DNA of 64,000 nucleotides from an uncultured virus (IMG/VR IMGVR_UViG_3300020048_000025). Taxonomy: Duplodnaviria; Heunggongvirae; Uroviricota; Caudoviricetes. The position numbers were made by a program, and so were the translations under genes. Below the pieces are notes generated by a model. That model was not told the DNA's origin, did not search any database, and worked only from the letters and a program-made list of their open reading frames with translations. Each line of letters starts with the position of its first letter. Positions within the stretch are counted from its first letter, which is position 1. The DNA is taken from IMG/VR virus record IMGVR_UViG_3300020048_000025. The stretch is one strand, 5' to 3'. Of the stretch, positions 17,733 to 29,192 are shown in pieces.

Positions 17733-18920
17733 ATGGCGATATATAAACTATTCCCCCTACAAGATACCACTTTATATTCATATTACCCTGATGAAAATTC
17801 GGGAATGGATGCTATATGTGAAATATTCAATAAACTAGACCCATCTGGTAAACCACAAGTAGCACGTTATTTATCATTATACGATACCGATGAAATAAAG
17901 GACATAATTGACAATACCATAAAAGGGGCACAATATAGCGTTTCGTTACGCAATTTTATTGCAACTGCTCAAGGTATTACCCAAAACACACCCATTGAAA
18001 TTTTACCTGTAGCCCAATCATGGGTAGCGGGTACTGGACAACATTCCGATTTACCATCAACTGAGAATGGTGCTTGTTGGAGTACACCAACATATGCCGG
18101 AACTGGCACATGGGCTGAATCTGGTAGCATAAACGGATTTACATTCACTAGTTCATACGACTCAGCATCTGCCGTACAGGGTGGGGGTAACTGGATATAC
18201 GATGAATCGGGTAGTATATATGTTTTATACAATTATGTACTACCAACATATGTATCTGTTGATCAACTTAATTCACCATCACAACATATATTTAAACCAG
18301 CCGATTTAAAAGACATCGAAGCTGATGTGACTCCAATTATTGACGCGTGGTACTACAATGCAATACCTAACTATGGTTTCATAACTAAATTATCTAGTTC
18401 ATTTGAATTCGAATCCAACCAAAACGTTCAACCAGACCTCAAATACTACAGTGTAGACACCAATACTATCTACCCACCACACATTGAATTCCAGTGGAGA
18501 GACTATTCAACCATATTAACTGGACCCGCATCATCCAGCATAGTTTCCACTAAAGATATCAAAATATCATTAGCTGAAAACCCATCCACATTCCACCCAG
18601 AAAGCATCAACCGTTTCTACCTTAACGTAAACCAGTTATACCCAACTAGGACATTCCAGACCAGTTCTTTATTCACCGGTACCCGTTACTTACCTACTTC
18701 TTCATATTTCGCTATAAAAGACTTGGATACCAATGAATATGTTTGTAACTTTAGCACAGATTATACACAGATCAGTGCCGACAGTAAAGGAAACTATTTT
18801 ACCGTGTATATGAATGGTCTAGAACCGGAGCGTTACTATTCCATAGTAATTAAAACTGAAATAAATGGATCCACAATCCTATTTGACGACAATTACTATT
18901 TTAAAGTTATTAACGGATGA
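17733..18920 (+). CDS. virion structural protein
   Basis: P.QDTTLYS..P..N.G.D..; NYGFI.K; context. Confidence 0.65.
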   Translation: MAIYKLFPLQDTTLYSYYPDENSGMDAICEIFNKLDPSGKPQVARYLSLYDTDEIKDIIDNTIKGAQYSVSLRNFIATAQGITQNTPIEILPVAQSWVAGTGQHSDLPSTENGACWSTPTYAGTGTWAESGSINGFTFTSSYDSASAVQGGGNWIYDESGSIYVLYNYVLPTYVSVDQLNSPSQHIFKPADLKDIEADVTPIIDAWYYNAIPNYGFITKLSSSFEFESNQNVQPDLKYYSVDTNTIYPPHIEFQWRDYSTILTGPASSSIVSTKDIKISLAENPSTFHPESINRFYLNVNQLYPTRTFQTSSLFTGTRYLPTSSYFAIKDLDTNEYVCNFSTDYTQISADSKGNYFTVYMNGLEPERYYSIVIKTEINGSTILFDDNYYFKVING

Positions 18921-19261
18921 GCGAGAATGTAAAGTTTGCCAAACAGGTATACAATAAAGGCTACTACACGAAAGTAATAGACACATCATTCAAGCAACTT
19001 GGTGTACAAACGGTACAACAACAAATTGACAGTAGACCTACCGTTGAAGCATTTTTCGAAATGTACAACGAATTATTCTACGACATACCTGAAACTGGAA
19101 ACAATTCACACGAATATCTAGTTACCAAAAGCAGTGAATATATCAACTTCCAACCAAACCTGGAAGAAATCACCGCACTGCAAGCTGAAATAGCACAATT
19201 GCGTATAGATTTACTTGAATCTCAAAAACAAGCAATAGAGTTACAAACAAAAACCATATAA
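18917..19261 (+). CDS. hypothetical structural protein with C-terminal coiled coil
   Basis: context and heptads. Confidence 0.65.
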   Translation: MSENVKFAKQVYNKGYYTKVIDTSFKQLGVQTVQQQIDSRPTVEAFFEMYNELFYDIPETGNNSHEYLVTKSSEYINFQPNLEEITALQAEIAQLRIDLLESQKQAIELQTKTI

Positions 19262-19265
19262 TTAA

Positions 19266-22200
19266 ATGGCTGCTGCAATTACACAATTATCAGAACCAAT
19301 TGGGCTAAATTTACCATCATACGAATCTCAAGATGTAAACTTAATCCCATCGTTTGAAACAAATACAACCCTTGTATCCAACAGTACCATTGAGTTTTTT
19401 GTATATGACAATAACCTAAACATACTCCATTCAGAATATAATTTCAAAGACTATTCGGTGTTAAATGATGGGCAATCATCATTAACAAACGAATTAGCCC
19501 AAATTACATTCGACCCTGAAAAAAACTTAACCGATTTATCGTTCATTCAAGGTGAATTCATAACTCAATATAGTTTTTACAATAAACAAGTTGGATCTGA
19601 TTTACAGAAACTATACATATCTGAAATATCTGCTGACCGCACCGAATTACGTTTAGACAGTACGGTATTAACCCCACTGGATTTAATTGAGCAAACCAAT
19701 ATATTTGTAAACGAGCGAGAAAATAGCCAGTATTTCCTTGACTTTTACCTTAACTTTGGCGAAAACAAATTAGCACTAGCAAACAACATCGTACTTGATG
19801 TAACCAATGAATCTGACCCGTCCATATTAATCAAATTATATGAGCCATTACCAGATGAATATATCATTAATTCAATGCTATGGGTGGTTACTTCATTTGA
19901 AGAACCAGTATCTTACCAGGTAAAATTTGAAGACGAGCCAATTACATTCAGCGATTCACAACCAATTAAGGGTCCGAATTACAACATCAGCATCAAAGAC
20001 CAAATCAACAATTCAACCAATGAATTAACATATGCTGATTTAATTTCAACCCAACAAACCAGCTCGTACTACCAAATCAATAGTTTACTTGAAGAGAAAG
20101 AAATCGACATAAACATCGACTACACTAATTTTAGTAATTTCATCCATTTCAGTTCAGCTAAAACGCGACTTGAAAATTTCTACTACAAGGTATCACTTAT
20201 CGAGCAATATTCATCATCTATATCATTACTCGACAACACAACATCATCACCTACAGAAATAATCAACAGTAAAACGGTATATAGCGAAAAAATCAACAAC
20301 ATTATCACCAATTTCGACGGATACGATTATTTTCTATACTATGAATCAGGTTCACAAGCATGGCCTAAAACCACATCCGTACAACCATATAAATTGGCTA
20401 AATCAAATAGCCCTGAAGTGGAAGCGTGGATTGGTAGCACTAACGAATACAGCCCACTATATGGTGGAATGGTAGTGACTGCATCATTGTTTGACAATAC
20501 CAACCCAAATAACTTAATATACTCCATACCAGAATATTTACGTGAGGATCCAAACAACGCACCATATGAATTATTCATAAACATGCTTGGCCAACACTAC
20601 GACAATATTTGGATATACTACAGCGAAGTAACGCAACGATACAACGCGGACAACCGTTTAGAGCAGGGTATGTCAAAAGACATAGTTGCCGACGCTATAC
20701 GCGACTTTGGTATTAAGTTATACCAAAACAACTACAGCAACGAGGATTTGTTCTCCGCATTTTTGGGATTGACCCCACAAGGCAGTGTATTCCCATTTCC
20801 AAACATCACTGGATCCTTGCCTACACCATCTGGCTACGAACATATAAACACATTTATATCGGCATCCAACGACAACATGCCTATGGATGATGTAAATAAA
20901 TCGTTATATAAACGTATTTACCACAACATCCCATACTTACTTAAAGCAAAAGGTACTTTACCTGGATTGCGCGCATTAATTACTTCATATGGTATCCCAG
21001 ACACCATACTGAGAATAAACGAATATGGCGGTAAGGACAAAGTAAATTCAAATGACTGGGACTACTGGCAAAACGAATTCAACTACGAATTCTCCACTAG
21101 CGGTAGTAACTTTATATCGTCATCTTGGGATCTTAACCCATCTTGGAGTTCATCAAACGATGTGCCGGAAACACTTATGTTCCGATTCAAAACATATGGT
21201 TTACCTGAGACGGGAATTCAACCATCGCAAAGTTTATGGTACGGTGATGGTGGATCTGCATTATCTATCATTTACACTGGCTCTGGATATACAAGTGGTT
21301 CATATAGTGGTTCGATCATTAACCCACAATACCAATACGCACATTTAACATTCTATCCAAACACAAACGTAAATACAGCAACCGCTAGTATATACTTACC
21401 TGTATATGATGGTGATTGGTGGTCAGTAATGGTTACCCGTAACCAAAATACATTTACACTATATGCTGGAAACCAACCAGAAGGTAGCGGCACTAATTTA
21501 ACCCGCATCAACCATTTAGCATCCAGCTCAATCACCACAACCCCATCTCGTTGGACATCCACCAATACATCATACTTCCCAGCTGCATTTGATGTGCGGG
21601 ATCCGATGGGATACGATATAGCTGTATACAATGTTAATATATACGATGAATTAGGGAACATTTCGGATTCATTCACACCATTTACTGGTTCGTACCAAGA
21701 GATACGCTACTATAGCGATGCGATAGGCGTTGACGTATTCAAAGACTACGTTATGAACCCGTATTCAATTGAAGGAAACACAACCAATTCATCACCAGAT
21801 GTACTCGCATTTAGAGCACCAGTGGGTGGTGAATTATATATGGGAACATCATCCATTCATCCACGAGTAACTGGTTCGTGGGGTACAGTTCACTCATTCA
21901 ACGGACATAGTGATTTTTATTTCGATGCAACCCCACATTTCCTACCAAACGTAGAACATATATTTATTGACCAACCTATAGTTGGTATTAAAAACGCGAT
22001 ATCGGATAAAATACGCGTGGAAGACAACGTACTTCCATCGGGCGATACACTATCGCCATTCCGAGTTTTATCGCAGCAAACCAACGCTAGCTCTAGCTAC
22101 ACACCAAACATCAACTATTTGGAGGTAGCATTCTCGCCACAAAACGAAATAAACGACGATATTGCATCTCAAATTGGCTCATTCAATATTGGCGAATATA

Positions 22201-24287
22201 TAGGCGACCCTAGACAGCGATCTAGCTCAGCCCAAACATACCCAGATTTAGATGCATTGCGACACGATTACTTCCAGAAATACACCAAAAACTACAATTT
22301 GGTTGATTTCATACGTTTAATCAAATTCTTCGACAATTCGCTATTCAAAATGATCCGTGATTTCGTTCCGGCTCGCACAAGTTTAGCATCTGGAATCGTA
22401 ATCAAACAACACATACTTGAGCGAAACAAATACGCACAACCACAAATCGAGCACAGCAACATTGAATTGTCCGGTACCGTTACACCACAATGGAACGATT
22501 TCCAAGACGGTGTTGTATATGATGTAAATGGTGGTAGCGCTGGTATGTTTAATTCATTTAACACACCAACCAATACACAACAAGTATGGACCGAATCAAT
22601 TCAAACATTGTCCGGTTCTGTAACGCGCATACATTCAACACAGGACGAATTTTACAATGGTGAATTACCTGGCACCACTTTAATCGCAACCACACAAAGT
22701 TTACACAATCCAAACAGTGGCGATGACCCAATGTTGAACAATGTAGAAGACACGAGAGTGGGTACGTTATTTATGGACGTGGATTATTCATCATTTTTAA
22801 CCGGAACCAATGCACCCGTAAATTTTGATTTAATCATGTCGGGTAGTGCATTTAAATTCCCGATTCCTGACTCAAACTACACAACTAGGCGCCACCGTGA
22901 ACCAAGATACGATGGAGTGAAAAACACATCTGACCGCACTAATGTATGGAGTACTGCATCCTATGGTACTTACGGTAAAACACCATCCGTAGATGACTTA
23001 CGCACAGCGGTTGCATATTGTGAAAGTATACCGAGTTCAGTACCTGAGAAAATGAACGCATCAACAGCGTTCGTGAAATACTTAATTAACCAAGACGGTA
23101 CTGTATCCACACCAAATGTCACACCTAATTCACTCCAATTGAATCAAGGTAATTTCCAAACCGGTGAGCGCGTATTTCTTGCCACACAAAACGAAATAGA
23201 GCAAAGCACATTCCAGGGCTCGGATTACAATACAAATTATCGTGAAGTAGTTCGTGGTGCAACACGAATTGAGCCAATATTATATAATCAGTCAGGTTCG
23301 GCTCCTGCTAGATGGATAACAGGTAGTATTGAATTTGAAAATAGATCGGCAGCTGCTGTGGGTAATTATACATTTTCATCACCCATAATTATAGGAAATT
23401 ACGAACCAACCCCCTCTACATATACCCCATCTACATTCAATAATTATTCATTTCCTGATACTGCATATCTTGAAGGTGTAAAAGTACAAATTACAGCATC
23501 TGTAACTTTAGTTAGGTTATCAGAGGGTGGGGACATTACATATGGGGATATAGGATTATATTTATATGATGCTACTACATCTACAGACATATATGATGAA
23601 TCATTCCCTAATTTCACCACAGATACCAACCCACAAACATACACCTTGCGTTTAGAACTCCTACCAGGTGATATGAATGCATTATCTAATAAAAACCTAC
23701 AAATTAAATTATGGTACCGACTAGATTCCAATACAGGTCCTGACTATCGAATGTCTGGAGGAACTCTAACTGTTAATCAATATCCATCCCCTGGAGACTT
23801 CCCATCAATATTAATCACTTCATCGATATGGGATTATGGTACTGTAAATCAAATAGCCACAACCCCCCAGGCTCAAATATTAAGTGATATATTCCGCACC
23901 AATTTAACATCATCTGACTGGTATTTCAAAGGCATACCTAATTCAGACTATAGTGACATATTAACCCCATGGAACATCCAACGCGGTGATGAATTTAGGT
24001 TCGAGAATGATCCAAACAAAGTATATTTGGTAGATTCTGTGGATATTACCACTAGTCCATTTTACATATTAATTAATTTTGCACCTGATGTAGATTTATC
24101 CACCACCAACATTAACCACTACTCCATCACCAGATACGTTGATGATGCATCCAAGATAATCATAAAAGGATTCCGACCAAACAACACAACTGGACCATAC
24201 ATTTTAAGACCAGAATTTATAGTACCTGAACTAGACAAAGGAATCGACGAATTCATCGTGGATCTTACGCAGAAAGGTTTGCTCTAG
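19266..24287 (+). CDS. large baseplate protein (gp7-like) with a LamG-like domain
   Basis: YLLKAKGT..GLRALITSYG..I.EYGG baseplate motif; YDGDWWSV; 1673 aa. Confidence 0.7.
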   Translation: MAAAITQLSEPIGLNLPSYESQDVNLIPSFETNTTLVSNSTIEFFVYDNNLNILHSEYNFKDYSVLNDGQSSLTNELAQITFDPEKNLTDLSFIQGEFITQYSFYNKQVGSDLQKLYISEISADRTELRLDSTVLTPLDLIEQTNIFVNERENSQYFLDFYLNFGENKLALANNIVLDVTNESDPSILIKLYEPLPDEYIINSMLWVVTSFEEPVSYQVKFEDEPITFSDSQPIKGPNYNISIKDQINNSTNELTYADLISTQQTSSYYQINSLLEEKEIDINIDYTNFSNFIHFSSAKTRLENFYYKVSLIEQYSSSISLLDNTTSSPTEIINSKTVYSEKINNIITNFDGYDYFLYYESGSQAWPKTTSVQPYKLAKSNSPEVEAWIGSTNEYSPLYGGMVVTASLFDNTNPNNLIYSIPEYLREDPNNAPYELFINMLGQHYDNIWIYYSEVTQRYNADNRLEQGMSKDIVADAIRDFGIKLYQNNYSNEDLFSAFLGLTPQGSVFPFPNITGSLPTPSGYEHINTFISASNDNMPMDDVNKSLYKRIYHNIPYLLKAKGTLPGLRALITSYGIPDTILRINEYGGKDKVNSNDWDYWQNEFNYEFSTSGSNFISSSWDLNPSWSSSNDVPETLMFRFKTYGLPETGIQPSQSLWYGDGGSALSIIYTGSGYTSGSYSGSIINPQYQYAHLTFYPNTNVNTATASIYLPVYDGDWWSVMVTRNQNTFTLYAGNQPEGSGTNLTRINHLASSSITTTPSRWTSTNTSYFPAAFDVRDPMGYDIAVYNVNIYDELGNISDSFTPFTGSYQEIRYYSDAIGVDVFKDYVMNPYSIEGNTTNSSPDVLAFRAPVGGELYMGTSSIHPRVTGSWGTVHSFNGHSDFYFDATPHFLPNVEHIFIDQPIVGIKNAISDKIRVEDNVLPSGDTLSPFRVLSQQTNASSSYTPNINYLEVAFSPQNEINDDIASQIGSFNIGEYIGDPRQRSSSAQTYPDLDALRHDYFQKYTKNYNLVDFIRLIKFFDNSLFKMIRDFVPARTSLASGIVIKQHILERNKYAQPQIEHSNIELSGTVTPQWNDFQDGVVYDVNGGSAGMFNSFNTPTNTQQVWTESIQTLSGSVTRIHSTQDEFYNGELPGTTLIATTQSLHNPNSGDDPMLNNVEDTRVGTLFMDVDYSSFLTGTNAPVNFDLIMSGSAFKFPIPDSNYTTRRHREPRYDGVKNTSDRTNVWSTASYGTYGKTPSVDDLRTAVAYCESIPSSVPEKMNASTAFVKYLINQDGTVSTPNVTPNSLQLNQGNFQTGERVFLATQNEIEQSTFQGSDYNTNYREVVRGATRIEPILYNQSGSAPARWITGSIEFENRSAAAVGNYTFSSPIIIGNYEPTPSTYTPSTFNNYSFPDTAYLEGVKVQITASVTLVRLSEGGDITYGDIGLYLYDATTSTDIYDESFPNFTTDTNPQTYTLRLELLPGDMNALSNKNLQIKLWYRLDSNTGPDYRMSGGTLTVNQYPSPGDFPSILITSSIWDYGTVNQIATTPQAQILSDIFRTNLTSSDWYFKGIPNSDYSDILTPWNIQRGDEFRFENDPNKVYLVDSVDITTSPFYILINFAPDVDLSTTNINHYSITRYVDDASKIIIKGFRPNNTTGPYILRPEFIVPELDKGIDEFIVDLTQKGLL

Positions 24288-24346
24288 TGATATTTATTAG
24301 TATATTCACTCAATATACATACCAATAACTCAAATATATATAACAA

Positions 24347-25003
24347 ATGGGATATTTAGATAACGGATCTATAACTATAGATGCGATTTTAACCAAAAAA
24401 GGCCGTGAATTGTTAGCCAAAAACGACGGTTCGTTCCGAATTACTCAATTCGCATTAGCAGATGACGAAATAGATTACACACTATACAACCCTACACACC
24501 CATCAGGTTCTGCATTTTACGGTGAAGCAATTGAAAACATGCCATTGCTTGAAGCGTTCCCAATCGAGACGCAAATAATGAAATACAAACTAGCAACACT
24601 ACCACGTGGAACAGCAAAGTTACCTGTGTTGGATTTAGGTTACACCGCAATATCATTGCAACAAGGTTCTGCACTTTCATTAACACCACAAACATTAAAC
24701 TACCTAGGAAACAATCAAACGTACGAAACAAGTGGCTATTCAGTTACTATTTCGGATATTCGATTAATGAACACATTCAACGGAGTGGGTATCACTAATA
24801 CATCAGCAACTACACCAACATCAACATCTACACTAGGAACCAATGTATCCCAAACAGTAACCGGTACTCAAATTAACATGAGAGCAACTACTGTAAATAC
24901 ATTATTTGGTTCAAATACTCAATTAGCGGGTACATTAACAGTAGTAGGTTTAGATAGTGGTGCACGCGTAACTATCCCTATCACTATTAATAAAACCGCA
25001 TAA
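24347..25003 (+). CDS. tail/baseplate structural protein
   Basis: IDAILTKKGRELLA..ITQFALADDEIDY. Confidence 0.7.
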   Translation: MGYLDNGSITIDAILTKKGRELLAKNDGSFRITQFALADDEIDYTLYNPTHPSGSAFYGEAIENMPLLEAFPIETQIMKYKLATLPRGTAKLPVLDLGYTAISLQQGSALSLTPQTLNYLGNNQTYETSGYSVTISDIRLMNTFNGVGITNTSATTPTSTSTLGTNVSQTVTGTQINMRATTVNTLFGSNTQLAGTLTVVGLDSGARVTIPITINKTA

Positions 25004-25015
25004 ACATAATCAAAC

Positions 25016-26041
25016 ATGGCATTTAAACGTTTAGACCCAGAAGACTTTGTAGTGAGTAGTGACACGATCACTGGCACAGTATGGTCCTCAGGTACACCAA
25101 ATTTATCCACATTTTTCACTTCATCCACTCAAACAACATCTGCAGCGGGTGAATATTACTTGGGTGTATATAATACTGCAACAACATCATCTACACAATT
25201 TGAAATTGTATATTGCGATGCATTAGGTAGTGGTAGTGCATGGTACAACAATATCGTACCTGGAAATTCACCTACCAAAACAATGTACGGGCAATACCGT
25301 TCAATGATATTGGAAGACGAAACATCCCAATTTATATTCGGTAAAGGAAACAACACATACACTAGTGACAATTTCTGGGCGTTATCAGTTGAACGCTCAT
25401 GCTACAAAGAGTCATTTTTCCCTGGATCATTGAATTTGACATTGAGTGGGTCTAGTAGCACCGGATCAATCCAATTAACAGACGATTCAAACGAGACACT
25501 AATAAACACATATTTGGGTGCAACTAGAGTATACCAGCTAATTTCTGGATCAAACGGTTCATCATGGAATGGGAATGGTGGTTATGTAGCTGGTTCTGGT
25601 TCATACGGCCTAGTATTCCCAGATTTGGGTACTATATTACTTAACCCAGCAGCCATATCTCGATCATTGAATATTGCTCCTAGCCGCTCAAGTAATTCTG
25701 ATGGTTTAAACAACCGAAAAATATTTACAGCTATATCTGGTGGTGCCGCATTGTCTGGTAGTGCTGGATTTACATTAAATTCTGAAGAAACAATTACTTC
25801 AGACTACATATTTGTACGCGCTAGAAACAGTGAATTCAATTACTCAGAAAACTCCAGTTTCATTTCCGGATCAACCGGTGAAGTAATTTACTCGAATTTT
25901 ATCAACCATCCACAGGTATATGTCACTACTGTTGGTTTATACAATGACTCAAATGAGTTATTAGCCGTAGCTAAATTATCTAAACCTATATTGAAGGATT
26001 TCACTAAAGAAATGCTACTTCGCACCAAAATCGATTTTTGA
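25016..26041 (+). CDS. tail/baseplate structural protein
   Basis: C-terminal YVTTVGLYND..ELLAVAKLSKP. Confidence 0.7.
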   Translation: MAFKRLDPEDFVVSSDTITGTVWSSGTPNLSTFFTSSTQTTSAAGEYYLGVYNTATTSSTQFEIVYCDALGSGSAWYNNIVPGNSPTKTMYGQYRSMILEDETSQFIFGKGNNTYTSDNFWALSVERSCYKESFFPGSLNLTLSGSSSTGSIQLTDDSNETLINTYLGATRVYQLISGSNGSSWNGNGGYVAGSGSYGLVFPDLGTILLNPAAISRSLNIAPSRSSNSDGLNNRKIFTAISGGAALSGSAGFTLNSEETITSDYIFVRARNSEFNYSENSSFISGSTGEVIYSNFINHPQVYVTTVGLYNDSNELLAVAKLSKPILKDFTKEMLLRTKIDF

Positions 26042-26047
26042 TTTTAT

Positions 26048-27001
26048 ATGAGTGTATTTAAACCATTTGTAACCTCCGACGTAAACGTTTCCCCGTTTGC
26101 CGTAAATAAACAATTTACAGTGAATGGAGTAACCGAATTAACCAACATCGGTATAGACCGTTACATTGGTCAAAATATCACATCATCATTTTGGGTATCT
26201 GGCTCCAACCAAACAGGAACCATTACCCAATACGACAAATATTTAGTATACAAATCCACCCAGGAACTATACTATTCGAATTTTTTAAATGGGGTGAATG
26301 GTTCACCGGTAGCAACCGCATCATTTAACAATGATGGAACCATCACAGGTGGAACATACACGCCGAGTTATTACAATTACCTAGGTTCAACACTTCCCGC
26401 AAACAGATATTTCCCCACAGCTTCAAATGCCACTGTGGGGGTAATATCTATCCCATCTAACTTATTCGGCGAATACATCGAACCAAACACATTCACCATC
26501 ACCTGCGAAAGCGGATCCGCAACCGACGATGGAAACGGTAATTTATACTACGGTATATACAAGATAGGCGACGTAATATATGAACATGGTATGGTATTAA
26601 TCACTTCTGAACCGGGCGCCGGATTAGGCGGATGGGGCGTAGGTATATTCGGAACCAGTAGTTATGGCCAAGTAAACCCACCATCCATATTAAACTGGAT
26701 TGAATCAACCAATTTAACCTGCTCATTCCAGTCACATATAACCATATACGAGACACAATACAAATGTACATTACGCCAAAACGAATTTACATTCTCGCAA
26801 AACCCATCACTCATTTCAGGTAGCTCAAACAGCGGTACTATTTCAGATTTCGCCACGGGTTCATATTTCAACCCATATATTACCACAGTTGGTTTATACA
26901 ACAACCATAAAGAATTGATAGCGGTAGCCAAATTAGCACAACCATTACCTGTATCTAGCATAACCGATACCAACATAGTCATAAACTTAGACATGTATTG
27001 A
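26048..27001 (+). CDS. tail/baseplate structural protein, paralog of the preceding gene
   Basis: C-terminal YITTVGLYNN..ELIAVAKLAQP. Confidence 0.7.
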   Translation: MSVFKPFVTSDVNVSPFAVNKQFTVNGVTELTNIGIDRYIGQNITSSFWVSGSNQTGTITQYDKYLVYKSTQELYYSNFLNGVNGSPVATASFNNDGTITGGTYTPSYYNYLGSTLPANRYFPTASNATVGVISIPSNLFGEYIEPNTFTITCESGSATDDGNGNLYYGIYKIGDVIYEHGMVLITSEPGAGLGGWGVGIFGTSSYGQVNPPSILNWIESTNLTCSFQSHITIYETQYKCTLRQNEFTFSQNPSLISGSSNSGTISDFATGSYFNPYITTVGLYNNHKELIAVAKLAQPLPVSSITDTNIVINLDMY

Positions 27002-27022
27002 TATGTATAACTAAACATTTAT

Positions 27023-27463
27023 ATGTGGTTATACAACAACACACCCATCACCTCAATTGAGGACATACCCGAAAATACATTCGGATTCATTTACATCACC
27101 ACCCATACCCCAACCGGTAAACGATATTTAGGAAAAAAATCGCTGTACCATACCACCAACCAAAAACTTGGAAAAAAGGAACTAGCCGAACAACCCGTAA
27201 CTCGCGGACGCTCTAAAACCACCAAACAGGTAGTAAAAGAATCCGATTGGCGAACGTACTATGGCTCGGAGGAATTCATCAAACAATCAATCAAAAACAA
27301 ACTCCACCACGAATTCACACGCGAAATCATCCACTTCGTACCCAACAAAAAACTACTCACGTACTACGAAACCAAATACCAATTCATGCATGGTGTGCTA
27401 GAATCCAGCGAATGGATGAATACCAACGTCCTTGGCAAGTTTTACTCAAAAGACTTTGCCTAG
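27023..27463 (+). CDS. GIY-YIG-like small nuclease
   Basis: GFIYIT..TGKRYLGKK..ESDW..YYGS. Confidence 0.7.
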   Translation: MWLYNNTPITSIEDIPENTFGFIYITTHTPTGKRYLGKKSLYHTTNQKLGKKELAEQPVTRGRSKTTKQVVKESDWRTYYGSEEFIKQSIKNKLHHEFTREIIHFVPNKKLLTYYETKYQFMHGVLESSEWMNTNVLGKFYSKDFA

Positions 27464-27490
27464 CCATATTTTGTGTGTATATTCATGATT

Positions 27491-28417
27491 ATGGTAAATG
27501 AACTATTGGTTAATTTAGTAAATTCTGTACTGGGTAGCGGTAAACGCACATCTAGAGGAAATATTGCATACCATTGTCCACTATGTAACCATCCCAAACC
27601 TAAACTGGAAATACAATTGTTGGAAAACGCCGAAGGTAAACACAGATGGGCATGTTGGGCGTGCGGTGTTAAGGGCCAAACAGTGCGCAGTTTATTTAAG
27701 CGAATTGCCGTTTCACCGGAGCATATGAGTGAATTAAGTAAACACGTTAAATCAACGTTTACTGAATCGAATCAAACATATACACCATCACTCGAATTAC
27801 CAAAAGAATACAATTCATTCATCGACAACAACACCCGTGTAGCACGAATTGCATATCGTTACCTTAAATCACGTGGTTTAACTCCACAAGACATACTCAA
27901 ATTCAATATAGGATATTGCGAGGCAGGTTTGTATGCAAATATGGTAGTAATACCATCATACGACAGTAATGGTAAACTAAACTATTTCACCGCTCGATCA
28001 TTCGAATCTGAACCATATGTCAAATACCGCAATCCAACCATATCCCGTGACATAATAGCATTTGAATCACTCATCAACTGGAATTTACCCATCATATTGT
28101 GCGAGGGACCATTCGATGCTATCGCTATTAAACGTAATGTAGTTCCATTACTCGGCAAAAACATACAGCCACAATTAATGAAAAAACTGGTGGAATCACG
28201 CGTACAGAAAGTGTATATTGCACTAGACAATGACGCAATTAAAAAGGCAATTGAGTTCTGCGAGGAATTACTCAATATAGGCAAAGAAGTATATTTGGTT
28301 GAATTAAGTGGGAAAGACCCATCCGAACTTGGTTTCGAAACATTCACCAAATTAATCCAAACCACACAACCATTAACACAATATAGATTAATGGAACAAA
28401 AATTAAATTTAATATGA
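27491..28417 (+). CDS. DNA primase
   Basis: Zn finger CPLC..H..CWAC; TOPRIM CEGPFDA..ALDND..KDP. Confidence 0.9.
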   Translation: MVNELLVNLVNSVLGSGKRTSRGNIAYHCPLCNHPKPKLEIQLLENAEGKHRWACWACGVKGQTVRSLFKRIAVSPEHMSELSKHVKSTFTESNQTYTPSLELPKEYNSFIDNNTRVARIAYRYLKSRGLTPQDILKFNIGYCEAGLYANMVVIPSYDSNGKLNYFTARSFESEPYVKYRNPTISRDIIAFESLINWNLPIILCEGPFDAIAIKRNVVPLLGKNIQPQLMKKLVESRVQKVYIALDNDAIKKAIEFCEELLNIGKEVYLVELSGKDPSELGFETFTKLIQTTQPLTQYRLMEQKLNLI

Positions 28418-29181
28418 GTAAAATTAAACGATCGTATAACCGTATATTGGAGATATCAGAAGACTCCCAACAAATCACGTTACCCGATTCTCGTTACTAC
28501 CGCCGCAATAGCGCATATTACCCAAGTATCACTTATGTACTAAACTCATATCCCAAAGGTCCTCACTTCGAAAAATGGTTGAAGCAAGTCGGATTCGCAT
28601 CGGAATATATCGTGAAAAAAGCAGCAGAAGAGGGTACGCAAGTGCACGAGATGGCCGAATCATATCTAAACGGCGAAGAATTACATTTCCTTTCACCTAC
28701 CGGACAACCATTATGTAATCCTGATGTATGGCAAATGTTATTGCGATTTGTTGATTTTTGGGAAACACATAAACCAACACTAATTGAGGCCGAAGTACAT
28801 TTATTTTCAGACGAATTAAAGGTGGCAGGTACGTGTGATTTAATTATTGAACTAAACGGTGAACGTTGGGTACTTGACTTAAAAACATCCAACCATTTAC
28901 ATACAACCTACGATTTACAAACAGCAGTATATGCTAAATGCTATACTGAATGCTTTGAAAAACCAATAGATCGTTGCGGTGTATTATGGTTAAAATCCAG
29001 TAAACGCAAACCAAACCCAGACAAATTGCAAGGCAAAGGTTGGGAAATAGTTGAATCGTCCCGCACATTTGAAGAAAATATCGACATATTCAAAAACGTA
29101 AAACGCATATTCGACATTGAAAACCCAACACATAAACCCGCATTTACCGAATTTAAAACAACAGTTAAGCGTAACCTGTAA
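28414..29181 (+). CDS. PD-(D/E)XK (Cas4-like) exonuclease
   Basis: YPSIT..GT.VH..E..AGTCD..DLKTS..QTAVY. Confidence 0.85.
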   Translation: MSKIKRSYNRILEISEDSQQITLPDSRYYRRNSAYYPSITYVLNSYPKGPHFEKWLKQVGFASEYIVKKAAEEGTQVHEMAESYLNGEELHFLSPTGQPLCNPDVWQMLLRFVDFWETHKPTLIEAEVHLFSDELKVAGTCDLIIELNGERWVLDLKTSNHLHTTYDLQTAVYAKCYTECFEKPIDRCGVLWLKSSKRKPNPDKLQGKGWEIVESSRTFEENIDIFKNVKRIFDIENPTHKPAFTEFKTTVKRNL

Positions 29182-29192
29182 TATGTATAGTC

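Noticed and set aside
28414..29181. Cas4-like nuclease as evidence of CRISPR-Cas
   Set aside because: Standalone exonuclease next to primase, common in phages; no array
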